Shown here: piece after piece, positions 46,297-54,429 of the stretch
Layout: the number at the start of each line of letters is the position of its first letter
Position numbering within the stretch: the first letter of the stretch is position 1
Assembly (NCBI GenBank): GCA_964489095.1
Contig: CAZAXM010000005.1
Coordinates: forward strand, 1,347-65,346
DNA length: 64,000 nucleotides
Reading direction: 5' to 3'
Source: an uncultured Ruminiclostridium sp.
GTDB lineage: Bacteria > Bacillota > Clostridia > Oscillospirales > Ruminococcaceae
Translations under genes and position numbers: made by a program
Notes under the pieces: generated by a model
What the model saw: the letters and a program-made list of their open reading frames with translations, nothing else
Database searches by the model: none
Told to the model about the DNA's origin: nothing

Positions 46297-46683
46297 ATGA
46301 AAATGATAAAAGAAAAAACAAATCCAGCAAAAAGAAACAGGCTTAAAGGGGCGGCGATAGGCGCGGTAAGCGGGCTTATGAACGGGCTGTTCGGGGCAGG
46401 CGGCGGCGCAGTTGCCGTGCCGCTTCTTGAACGTTCGGGGCTTGAGCCGCGAAAAAGCCACGCAACATCTGTCGCGCTGATCTTCTTTCTCAGCATTTCC
46501 GCCGCTATCGGGTATTATCTCGGCGGGAACATTGATTTCGGGCTTATCCTTCCGCTTTTACCCGGCGGCTTTTTCGGCGCGGTCATAGGGTCAAAGCTGC
46601 TAAAAATGACTGACAACGGTATGCTTCGCAGGATCTTCGGCGGACTTCTTATTATATCGGCGGGGAGAATGCTGCTGAGATGA
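46297..46683 (+). CDS. TSUP (TauE/SafE) family transporter, N-terminal half-size protein (4 TM)
   Basis: GLMNGLFGAGGGAVAVPLL and a later GGFFGAVIGSKL are present. The gene ends in an ATGA overlap with the next ORF. Confidence 0.75.
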   Translation: MKMIKEKTNPAKRNRLKGAAIGAVSGLMNGLFGAGGGAVAVPLLERSGLEPRKSHATSVALIFFLSISAAIGYYLGGNIDFGLILPLLPGGFFGAVIGSKLLKMTDNGMLRRIFGGLLIISAGRMLLR

Positions 46684-47033
46684 GCCTTCTTGTCGGATTT
46701 CTTGCGGGGATTGCCGCCTCGATGGGGCTTGGCGGCGGGTTTGTGATGATCATCTACCTGACAGTTTTTGCCGGCTGCACACAGCTTCAGGCGCAGGGCG
46801 CAAATCTTATTTTTTTCCTCCCGATAGCTCTTTTGTCGGTGCTGCTCCATTCCCGAAGCGGACTTGTTGACTGGCGCTTGATACCCTGGGCGGCGGCTGC
46901 GGGGATTGTCGGCTCACTTTTTGGAACATTTCTCACCGTGCTGCTCGGCGACGGGATACTGCGGTTGCTTTTCGCTGGTCTTTTACTTTTTACAGGTCTT
47001 CGGGAGCTGTTTCACAAGGATAAAAAATGCTGA
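46680..47033 (+). CDS. TSUP (TauE/SafE) family transporter, C-terminal half-size protein (4 TM)
   Basis: GFLAGIAASMGLGGGFVMIIYL is present, and the protein has four TM helices. It is translationally coupled to the preceding half. Confidence 0.75.
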   Translation: MSLLVGFLAGIAASMGLGGGFVMIIYLTVFAGCTQLQAQGANLIFFLPIALLSVLLHSRSGLVDWRLIPWAAAAGIVGSLFGTFLTVLLGDGILRLLFAGLLLFTGLRELFHKDKKC

Positions 47034-47051
47034 TAAAGGCGGTTTTATGGT

Positions 47052-48827
47052 ATGACAGAACTTATAACGGCAATAAACGAGAAAATAAACGGATTGGTCT
47101 GGGGTGTTCCGATGCTTGTCCTTTTACTGGGAACAGGCGTTTTTCTCAGCTTTCGCCTGCGTTTTTTTCAGCTTGCGCGGTTTAAGCTCTGGTTCAGTGA
47201 AACTGCGCTGTCGCTGTTCAAGAGGGATACCGTAAGTGTAAAAAACAGCTCGGAAAAGTCCATTTCGCAGTTTCAGGCGGTTTCGACGGCTCTTGCCGCC
47301 GCTCTTGGGACAGGCAACATCGCGGGCGTAGCAGCGGCACTTGCGGCGGGCGGCGCGGGCGCGGTGTTCTGGATGTGGATCTCAGCACTGTTTGGTATGA
47401 TAACAGGCTTTGCCGAGAACACGCTCGGGATAATGTACCGCCGTAAAAGCGGCAGCGGCGAGTGGCGCGGCGGAGCTATGTATTATCTGCGGGATGGGGT
47501 CGGTGGATTATGCGGAATGAAGCGGTTCGGCACAGTTTTAGCGTCGCTTTTTGCGCTTTTCTGCACGCTTGCTTCGTTCGGCATAGGCAATATGACGCAG
47601 GTCAACTCGATTGCGGGCGCGCTTCGTTCGGAATTTGGCGTGCCGTCGGTGGTAACGGGATTTGTTCTGGCGGTTGTTTCCGCGCTTGTTCTTGTCGGCG
47701 GAATAAAGCGTATCGGGAGGGTTGCCGAAAAAATCGTGCCTGCTATGGCGATTTTGTACATAGTCGTCTGCTTTGCTGTTCTTGCCGCGAATTTTAAGGA
47801 GATCCCGCGGGTTTTCGGGGATATTTTTTCCTGCGCATTCGGGTTAAGGCAGGCTGTCGGCGGGGTCGGCGGATACCTGATAAAAAACGCGGTATCGGTA
47901 GGGCTAAGGCGCGGTGTTTTTTCAAATGAGGCGGGCTTGGGCTCATCAGTCGCGGTGAATGCCTCGTCGAACGTGAACGAGCCTGTCAAACAGGGAATGT
48001 GGTCGGTTTTTGAGATTTTTTTTGACACTATCGTTATGTGCAGCCTGACAGCTTTTGCAGTCCTTTCCGCTCAAAGTGAAACGACTACTTTTGAACAGGC
48101 GTTAAGCAGCATTTCCGAGCAGCCGCAGCTTGTAAGTATCTGTGAAGATCAGCCGCTCATTTCCGCTGAGCCTGTACCGCTTCCCCGACTTGCCGATAAC
48201 AATGCTCCTGTCGGAACATACACTGAAATTCCCGCCTGTACAGCTTCCGGAAAACGCTTTACTGTAAAGCTGGACAAAACGGCGGCGGAGGGCTATAATT
48301 TCGTCAACCTTGCAGAAATACGCGGGATCGCTGCGAAAAATCCCGACGGCTCGGTTATGTCTGATGAGGACGGCGGGGTTGTTATCGGCGCGGTAGAGCT
48401 GTCCGCGATAAACGGCGCAAGCCTTGTCGCTTACGTGTTCGGGCAGTGCTTCGGCTCGCTTGCGGGGAAGCTTCTGGCGGTTATGGTTCTGCTTTTCGCG
48501 TTTTCGACCGTGCTTGGCTGGTCGTTCAACGGAGCAGGTGCGGCTGAATATCTTTTCGGAGCGCGCTGCGTTCCGATTTACAGAGCTGTTTTTGTGGTGT
48601 TTATCGTGATAGGCAGCACGGTCAGCCTTACGCTTGCCTGGAACATTTCGGACACCCTTAACGGTCTTATGGCGATCCCGAATCTTATCGGCGTCCTTCT
48701 CCTTTCGGGACAAGTGCGAACCGAACTTTTCGGTTATCTTCGCAGGAAATATTGCAAAAATAGCACAAATCGGACTAGAAAAGCGATTTTTCGCGGGAAA
48801 AAGGCAAAAAAATATAGACAAAAATAG
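47052..48827 (+). CDS. Alanine/glycine:cation symporter (AGCS family) with ~110-aa loop insertion
   Basis: QAVSTALAAALGTGNIAGVA, FSNEAGLGSS and LLFAFSTVLGW are AGCS signatures. At 591 aa it is longer than the ~450-500 aa I recall for typical members. Confidence 0.85.
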   Translation: MTELITAINEKINGLVWGVPMLVLLLGTGVFLSFRLRFFQLARFKLWFSETALSLFKRDTVSVKNSSEKSISQFQAVSTALAAALGTGNIAGVAAALAAGGAGAVFWMWISALFGMITGFAENTLGIMYRRKSGSGEWRGGAMYYLRDGVGGLCGMKRFGTVLASLFALFCTLASFGIGNMTQVNSIAGALRSEFGVPSVVTGFVLAVVSALVLVGGIKRIGRVAEKIVPAMAILYIVVCFAVLAANFKEIPRVFGDIFSCAFGLRQAVGGVGGYLIKNAVSVGLRRGVFSNEAGLGSSVAVNASSNVNEPVKQGMWSVFEIFFDTIVMCSLTAFAVLSAQSETTTFEQALSSISEQPQLVSICEDQPLISAEPVPLPRLADNNAPVGTYTEIPACTASGKRFTVKLDKTAAEGYNFVNLAEIRGIAAKNPDGSVMSDEDGGVVIGAVELSAINGASLVAYVFGQCFGSLAGKLLAVMVLLFAFSTVLGWSFNGAGAAEYLFGARCVPIYRAVFVVFIVIGSTVSLTLAWNISDTLNGLMAIPNLIGVLLLSGQVRTELFGYLRRKYCKNSTNRTRKAIFRGKKAKKYRQK

Positions 48828-48856
48828 GTTTTTGCACAAAAAAGTCAAAAAAACTA

Positions 48857-48885
48857 TTGCAAGTTATGTTGAAATATGCTATAAT
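48857..48885 (+). promoter_or_regulatory. Sigma-A promoter (extended -10)
   Basis: TTGCAA (48857-48862) and TGC-TATAAT (48880-48885) are separated by 17 nt. Confidence 0.6.
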
Positions 48886-48919
48886 GTGAACAAGAAAAAA
48901 GGAAAGGCAGGAAAAACCT

Positions 48920-49507
48920 ATGAAGAAAAATTTTTTGGAAGCTATTTTCGCGTTCGATTGCGGCGCAGCGGCGTTCGGTCACATGGATTCTGCCGTTAAA
49001 AATCTTAAGAGCTTTGTTCTTGCGCAAAGGAAGCTTGACGGCGAGATGAATATGTCGGGAATTGCCTACAACAGTAAGGTTACTCCCGTTTTTGACAACG
49101 TTCCCGTTCAGAAGCTTGTCGTAAAGAATTACGGCTTTGAACGCGGCGGTCAGGGCGAGTGCCGTATGCTTGACGCCTCGGCTCAGCTTATTACCTCGGT
49201 CGGAGAGCGCCTTCGCGATACAGCCGAGGAGGAACGTCCGTCAAAGGTTGTTTGTGTAATCAATGTTTTTGACCGCGATAACGCAAGCAGAAAATATACG
49301 TATGACGACCTGCGCGAGATGATTGCGATTCAGAGAAATATCTATAAATGGCAGTTCTTCCTTATTACCGACTATTCGATCAATATGGAGCGGCTCGGAA
49401 TTTCGCCTGATGACACGTTTATTCTTCATCGTGACGATCCCGATACGCTTACTCAGGCTTATGCCGAGCTTGGCGAACGTGTAGCGGCACTCCGTTCCGA
49501 ACTGTAA
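48920..49507 (+). CDS. Hypothetical 195-aa protein (possibly a vWA-like fold without a MIDAS motif)
   Basis: The gene is monocistronic, with its own promoter and terminator. Its alternating beta-alpha pattern (VVCVINVFDRDNAS...FFLITDYS) is vWA-like, but the DxSxS motif is absent. The assignment is weak. Confidence 0.55.
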   Translation: MKKNFLEAIFAFDCGAAAFGHMDSAVKNLKSFVLAQRKLDGEMNMSGIAYNSKVTPVFDNVPVQKLVVKNYGFERGGQGECRMLDASAQLITSVGERLRDTAEEERPSKVVCVINVFDRDNASRKYTYDDLREMIAIQRNIYKWQFFLITDYSINMERLGISPDDTFILHRDDPDTLTQAYAELGERVAALRSEL

Positions 49508-49518
49508 ATGCTATACTT

Positions 49519-49549
49519 AAAGCTCCGCGGCAGGGCGGGGCTTTTTTTA
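49519..49549 (+). terminator. Rho-independent terminator
   Basis: AGCTCCGC-GGCAGG-GCGGGGCT is followed by TTTTTTT. Confidence 0.75.
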
Positions 49550-49650
49550 TGTAAAAATGCGTAAATTATAATTATATATTTAAATAGGTAATATTGCATA
49601 ATTCTATATGTTAAATTATAGCTAACTGTTCCAAAATTCGCCAAAACAGG

Positions 49651-49679
49651 TTGAAATTCTGACGCAAATATAGTATAAT
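49651..49679 (+). promoter_or_regulatory. Sigma-A promoter
   Basis: TTGAAA (49651-49656) and TATAAT (49674-49679) are separated by 17 nt. Confidence 0.6.
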
Positions 49680-49743
49680 TGAAACTGGAATGTAACGACT
49701 AAGCATAACTATGTGTTTTAACGCAATCAAAGGGGGCTGCATT

Positions 49744-51993
49744 ATGGAACACAAGAAGCTGGGTGGAAAATTCGGCATTCTTCCGATCGTCCTGTTTACG
49801 GTAATCGTCGTGGCGGTCGTAATATCTGTTATTGCTGTATATAAAATCGGAATGCGCGAAAAAACCATTGATGATTCGCTTATTTATATGCAGTCTGCGA
49901 CTGTTTGTACCGCTTCTTCCGCGCATAATTTTTTTGATGGAAATCTCGATTCGCTCGAATACTGCGCGGCGGCTTTTTCAAATGTCGAGGATATGAGCGT
50001 GGACGAAATCCATAGTATGCTGGTTGAGTTTTCTGAGCTTGACACTTTTAAGACGATAGCGTATGTAAGTGCCGCAAACGATGTCACAACGTACAACAAG
50101 GCGGAGCTTATGCCTGTAACGAGGATGCTGGCACAGGAGGCTATGGCTAAGGGGCGTATGATGAAGTCCGCTTCGGAAAGCCGCGTTGATGTTGACCTTT
50201 ATTCTGTTCCTGTTGTAAACACAGAGGGAACGGTTATCGGCGCGCTTGTCGCGGGTACGGAGCCGGCGGTCCTTACTGATCGCTACTGCCCGACTGCGAG
50301 TGTTTCGGGTTCGTTTTACGTTTCGGATATCGACGGCGATATTATCCATTCAAGAACTGAAGAAAACGGTCCGTTCGTAAGCGGCGATAATATTTTGCTG
50401 CTTCTCGAACAGGCGGGAAATGATATAAACACGATCAAAGCGGATCTGCTCAGGAACGGCGCAAGCGGCGGTATACGGGTTACGCTTTCGGGCGAGGAGT
50501 ACCTCATAAACTACTCGTCTATCGACGCTTTTAACTGGACGGTTCTTTCGGTTGTACCTGTTACGGCTGTCATAGGTAAGGCTGATAATACGACTTCGTA
50601 TGCGGTTTATCTCGTCAGCGGGGTTATAATTGTTCTTGTTGGGCTGATGATTTATGTTATCCATTACACTATCCAGCTCCGTAAGCAGGCTTATGCCGCT
50701 ATCGAGGACAGCCGCAAGCTTTATTACGAAGATAACGTTACGGGATTTTCGACGTGGCAGGCATTTATCGACAGCTACGAAAACCGTATGAAGGACACAA
50801 GTACAAACTATGCTCTTGTGTCAATTGATATAAACAAGTTCAAGGCGGTTAATGACGCGCTCGGATTCGACGGAGGAAATGCGATTCTTCGTCATACAGC
50901 CGAGATCATCTCCCGAAGCCTTGGTAAAAACGACCTTTTTGCGCGAAATTCGGGCGACTTGTTCTACGTCCTTATGGAGAACAAGTCTGACGACGATCTT
51001 ATCGAAAAAATCAGGCATATCATCAATGATATCGACTACCAGATCACGGAGGTCAAGATTTTCATTTCTGTCGGCATCTATCGTATAACAGACAGAAGTA
51101 TGAAGATACGCGCGATGGCTGACCGTGCGGATATTGCGCGGAAGAACATAAAAATCAAGAATGAAAGCGCATATATGTTCTTCGACACGTCTATGATCGA
51201 GAATATCAGAAACGAAAAGTCGATTGAGGATATTATGGAGGACGCGCTCGCTAAGCACGAGTTTAAGGTATTCCTCCAGCCGAAAGTTGACCTTGACGGG
51301 AAGAATGATATTATCGGCGCAGAGGCTCTTGTTCGCTGGTTCCATGACGGAGAAATTATCCCGCCCGGACGGTTTATCCCGATTTTCGAGAAAAACGGCT
51401 TTGTTACACAGCTTGACTTCTATATGTTCAAGGAAGTTTGTAAGCTCCAGAAATCGTGGCTCAGTCAGGGCTACGAACCGAAAATCGTGTCGGTAAATAT
51501 GTCGCGCCTTCACCTCAGAAACGATGATTTTGTACAGACGCTCAGCAATTATTGTAAAGAATACGAAATTGATCCGAAGTATTTTGAAATTGAAATTACG
51601 GAAAGCGCGGCTTATGAGAATATCGACATACTTATGGAGATTTTCCGTCAGATAAAGGCGGCGGGCTTCCACGTTTCAATTGACGACTTCGGAACAGGCT
51701 ATTCGTCGCTCAATATGCTTAAGGATCTGCCTGTTGACGTGCTTAAAATTGACCGTTCATTCCTTACGGAAAATGCGGACGAAACCGAAAATGCAAGTAA
51801 GATCATCGGCTGCGTTGTTTCACTTGCTTCCTCGCTTAATATCTCAACGATTTGTGAAGGTATTGAAACGAAGGAACAGGCGAACCTGCTTGAAAAGCTC
51901 GGCTGTAATATGGCACAGGGCTTCTACTTCGCGCGTCCGATGCCTGTTGAGGAATACGAAAAGGTAGTTTATCATATTGAGAGAAAGGATTGA
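49744..51993 (+). CDS. Membrane sensor with Cache-like periplasmic domain, degenerate GGDEF domain and intact EAL domain (predicted c-di-GMP phosphodiesterase)
   Basis: The start MEHKKLGG (49744) follows AAGGGGG. A Cache-like region lies between two TM helices. The GGDEF site reads RNSGDLF. The EAL motifs GAEALVRW, IDDFGTGYSSL, CEGIETKEQ and QGFYFARP are intact. Confidence 0.88.
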   Translation: MEHKKLGGKFGILPIVLFTVIVVAVVISVIAVYKIGMREKTIDDSLIYMQSATVCTASSAHNFFDGNLDSLEYCAAAFSNVEDMSVDEIHSMLVEFSELDTFKTIAYVSAANDVTTYNKAELMPVTRMLAQEAMAKGRMMKSASESRVDVDLYSVPVVNTEGTVIGALVAGTEPAVLTDRYCPTASVSGSFYVSDIDGDIIHSRTEENGPFVSGDNILLLLEQAGNDINTIKADLLRNGASGGIRVTLSGEEYLINYSSIDAFNWTVLSVVPVTAVIGKADNTTSYAVYLVSGVIIVLVGLMIYVIHYTIQLRKQAYAAIEDSRKLYYEDNVTGFSTWQAFIDSYENRMKDTSTNYALVSIDINKFKAVNDALGFDGGNAILRHTAEIISRSLGKNDLFARNSGDLFYVLMENKSDDDLIEKIRHIINDIDYQITEVKIFISVGIYRITDRSMKIRAMADRADIARKNIKIKNESAYMFFDTSMIENIRNEKSIEDIMEDALAKHEFKVFLQPKVDLDGKNDIIGAEALVRWFHDGEIIPPGRFIPIFEKNGFVTQLDFYMFKEVCKLQKSWLSQGYEPKIVSVNMSRLHLRNDDFVQTLSNYCKEYEIDPKYFEIEITESAAYENIDILMEIFRQIKAAGFHVSIDDFGTGYSSLNMLKDLPVDVLKIDRSFLTENADETENASKIIGCVVSLASSLNISTICEGIETKEQANLLEKLGCNMAQGFYFARPMPVEEYEKVVYHIERKD

Positions 51994-52604
51994 CGGCTTT
52001 GGCAAATGAGGACGTTCTGAAAATGATTGCGGAGGAAATCGACTCTGCGTCACGTTCGCTTTTTAACGCGGTACGCTGCTGTTACCAGATTGCCGACGAG
52101 GATTTCTATAATATCAATGTTAAAGATGTGTTTAAAATAGGTCTTAATAACATAACCGATCCGGAAAGCTTCCGTAATTTAGGGATAATACCCGATAATA
52201 AAAAGCTCAGGGAAATGGCTTCGGAGCATTTCGACGAGGTTCTCGGCGTAATACGTTACAGCTTCGCGATACGGCTTCCGTTTATCCGCCGCTATGCTGA
52301 AGAATCCTCGCTTCGTGACGGTCAGGTCAAGCAGATTTACGATATGCTTGAAGAAATCGGCTTTGCAAATCCCGATGGGATTTTAGAGGGCAGTTACAAG
52401 TCGATGGCGTGGCTGGTTCGCACAAAAAAGTCCGAACCGCCGTTTGAAACGGAGTGGTTTCGCCGCTGGATCTACACTTACGGTCACGACCTTGCCGCGA
52501 TAAACAACCGGAATATGCTGCTGCTGGGCTGTGTTGAGGCGCTTTTCCCGCTTTACTATGCGTCGCTGCAGGAGCTTATTGTTGAACAGATGAATAAGGT
52601 ATAA
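51990..52604 (+). CDS. Hypothetical 204-aa protein, translationally coupled to the GGDEF-EAL gene
   Basis: The track start (TTG 51990) overlaps the upstream stop, and an alternative ATG lies at 52023. The protein is soluble, and I recognise no family. Confidence 0.55.
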   Translation: MTALANEDVLKMIAEEIDSASRSLFNAVRCCYQIADEDFYNINVKDVFKIGLNNITDPESFRNLGIIPDNKKLREMASEHFDEVLGVIRYSFAIRLPFIRRYAEESSLRDGQVKQIYDMLEEIGFANPDGILEGSYKSMAWLVRTKKSEPPFETEWFRRWIYTYGHDLAAINNRNMLLLGCVEALFPLYYASLQELIVEQMNKV

Positions 52605-52607
52605 CAA

Positions 52608-52643
52608 AACGGGCTGTTGCAGCATTTGCTGTAACAGCCCGTT
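52608..52643. terminator. Bidirectional hairpin terminator
   Basis: AACGGGCTGTTGCAGC-ATTT-GCTGTAACAGCCCGTT forms a roughly 16-bp stem. A T-rich tract follows on the minus-strand side. Confidence 0.65.
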
Positions 52644-52747
52644 GGTGTATTCCGCCGCCACGCAGGCGGCAAGGCGATTGAACGTGCGTTTGTCAACAGC
52701 CGTCGTGAGATGAAAAGCGCGGCGGTGCCTTACGGGTGGTCAAGAGG

Positions 52748-53014
52748 TTAATGGTCGTGTCTCGGGTGCGTTTTTACAAATTCGATGGCGTTTACGCAGG
52801 CGATATTGACGTCGATCGAATGCTGCTTTATCATAGCCTGAGAGAGCTTTGAATAAAGACCGCCCTTTGTCGTTGCGACATATTTTGGCGGGAGGCTGTT
52901 AAGCGCGAGGCACATAATATCGGCAATGCACTGGTCGCAATTACAGCAATCGCTCGTTTTCATAAGCTCGTCTACACATTGACGGACAATTTCCTCCATT
53001 GAATTTACAAACAT
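52748..53014 (-). CDS. ComFB-family protein
   Basis: The 88-aa protein reads NSMEEIVRQCVDELMKTSDCCNCDQCIADIMCLALNSLPPKYV. This matches the ComFB Cys pattern and the ALN-LPP-Y motif. Confidence 0.8.
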   Translation of the reverse strand: MFVNSMEEIVRQCVDELMKTSDCCNCDQCIADIMCLALNSLPPKYVATTKGGLYSKLSQAMIKQHSIDVNIACVNAIEFVKTHPRHDH

Positions 53015-53058
53015 AAGCTCCTCCTTTTCGGGAAAACCCGATAAATTATTTCACAAAT

Positions 53059-53087
53059 ATTATACAAGCCTTTTCAATATTTGTCAA
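53059..53087 (-). promoter_or_regulatory. Sigma-A promoter of the ComFB-family gene
   Basis: On the minus strand, TTGACA (53087-53082) and TATAAT (53064-53059) are separated by 17 nt. Confidence 0.65.
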
Positions 53088-53133
53088 GTTTTTAGGGGAA
53101 TTTCGCTTATAGAAGAAAGAGCTCCGCTGATAC

Positions 53134-53162
53134 TTGAAATTTAAGGAAAAACGTGATATAAT
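53134..53162 (+). promoter_or_regulatory. Sigma-A promoter (extended -10)
   Basis: TTGAAA (53134-53139) and TGA-TATAAT (53157-53162) are separated by 17 nt. Confidence 0.6.
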
Positions 53163-53219
53163 ATGTTCAGTTATATCCGTCAGCTATACGCTGCCGTGAA
53201 AATGAAAGGAATGTACATT

Positions 53220-54404
53220 ATGAATGCTTTCTCCTATCGTATACAGGGGCTTCAGCCGTCCGCGATACGTGAAATCCTTAAATTCACCGCCGACCCCTCT
53301 GTTATAAGCTTCGCGGGGGGAAATCCCGCTCCCGAAGCGTTCCCGGTCGATAAGATCCGCGAGATCACCGATTCTATTCTTGACAGCGACCCTGTCGGCG
53401 CGCTTCAATACTCCGTTTCTGAGGGCTATACGCCGCTGCGCGATTGGATAAAGGACGACCTGTACAAAAAGGGCTGTTTTAACTGGAACAACGACGACGT
53501 TATCATCACTGCCGGCGCTCAGCAGTGTATTGAAATGGCGGCAAAGGTAATCTGCAACGAGGGCGACGCTATAATCTGTGAGACGCCGAGTTTTATTGGC
53601 TCGCTTAACGCTTTCCGTTCGTACAATTCCCGCCTTGTCGGAGTGCCTATGGACGACGAGGGAATGGATCTGACAATGCTTGAGGAAGCGCTGAAAAAGA
53701 ACCCGCGCACCGCTTTCATTTACGTTATCCCGAATTTCCAGAACCCCACGGGAAAAACAACCTCGCTCGAACGCCGCAAGGCTGTTCTTGAACTTGCGTA
53801 TAAGTACAATGTGCTTATTCTTGAAGACAATCCCTATGGCGACCTGCGCTTTTCGGGAGATGATGTTCCGAGCATACGCTCTCTCGACACAAGGGGACAC
53901 GTTATCTACGCGGGTACATTCTCGAAAACACTCGCGCCGGGACTTCGCGTCGGGTATATGTGCGCGGACAAGAGTATTATCGCAAAGGCTATCTGTGCAT
54001 TACAGGTTTCCACCGTCCACACGAGCATTCTTTCACAGCGTATTGTTCACCAGTTTGTTACGCGCTACGATTTTGATGAGCATATCCGTGGTCTGCGTGA
54101 ACTTTACCGCAAAAAGTGCGACCTTATGCTGAGCTGCCTTAAATACAAAATGCCGCGCTCCATAACATTTACCGAGCCCGACGGCGGACTTTTCATCTGG
54201 GGCACTCTTCCCGAAGGAGATATGAACTATTTCTGCAAAAAGGCGGTTGAAAATAAAGTTGCGGTTGTTCCGGGAAACGCGTTTCTTGTTGATGAATCAC
54301 AGGTTACCCGCTCGTTCCGCATAAACTACTCAACTCCGACCGATGAACAGATCGAACGCGGCACGGATATTCTTGCTTCAGTTGCCGCTACTATGTACAA
54401 ATAA
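53220..54404 (+). CDS. PLP-dependent aminotransferase, class I/II (2-aminoadipate/aromatic aminotransferase-like)
   Basis: GLQPSAIREIL, NPQNPTG-like NFQNPTG and the Lys site GTFSKTLAPGLRVGY are present. The start at 53220 has AAAGGAA upstream. Confidence 0.85.
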   Translation: MNAFSYRIQGLQPSAIREILKFTADPSVISFAGGNPAPEAFPVDKIREITDSILDSDPVGALQYSVSEGYTPLRDWIKDDLYKKGCFNWNNDDVIITAGAQQCIEMAAKVICNEGDAIICETPSFIGSLNAFRSYNSRLVGVPMDDEGMDLTMLEEALKKNPRTAFIYVIPNFQNPTGKTTSLERRKAVLELAYKYNVLILEDNPYGDLRFSGDDVPSIRSLDTRGHVIYAGTFSKTLAPGLRVGYMCADKSIIAKAICALQVSTVHTSILSQRIVHQFVTRYDFDEHIRGLRELYRKKCDLMLSCLKYKMPRSITFTEPDGGLFIWGTLPEGDMNYFCKKAVENKVAVVPGNAFLVDESQVTRSFRINYSTPTDEQIERGTDILASVAATMYK

Positions 54405-54429
54405 TACAGCATAACAGAAAGGATATACT

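Noticed and set aside
48102-48848. 248-aa minus-strand ORF opposite the AGCS symporter. Similar long antisense ORFs lie at 4297-5166, 36306-37196, 50821-51672, 53184-53900, 55329-56012, 56196-57122 and 61658-62644.
   Set aside because: All are antisense shadows of genes with clear family signatures. Their products are basic and low-complexity, and they lack RBSs.
54405-54429. T-box or other leader upstream of trpS (also considered upstream of gltX at 62867-62880)
   Set aside because: The intergenic gaps are only 25 nt and 14 nt, which is far too short for a T-box riboswitch.
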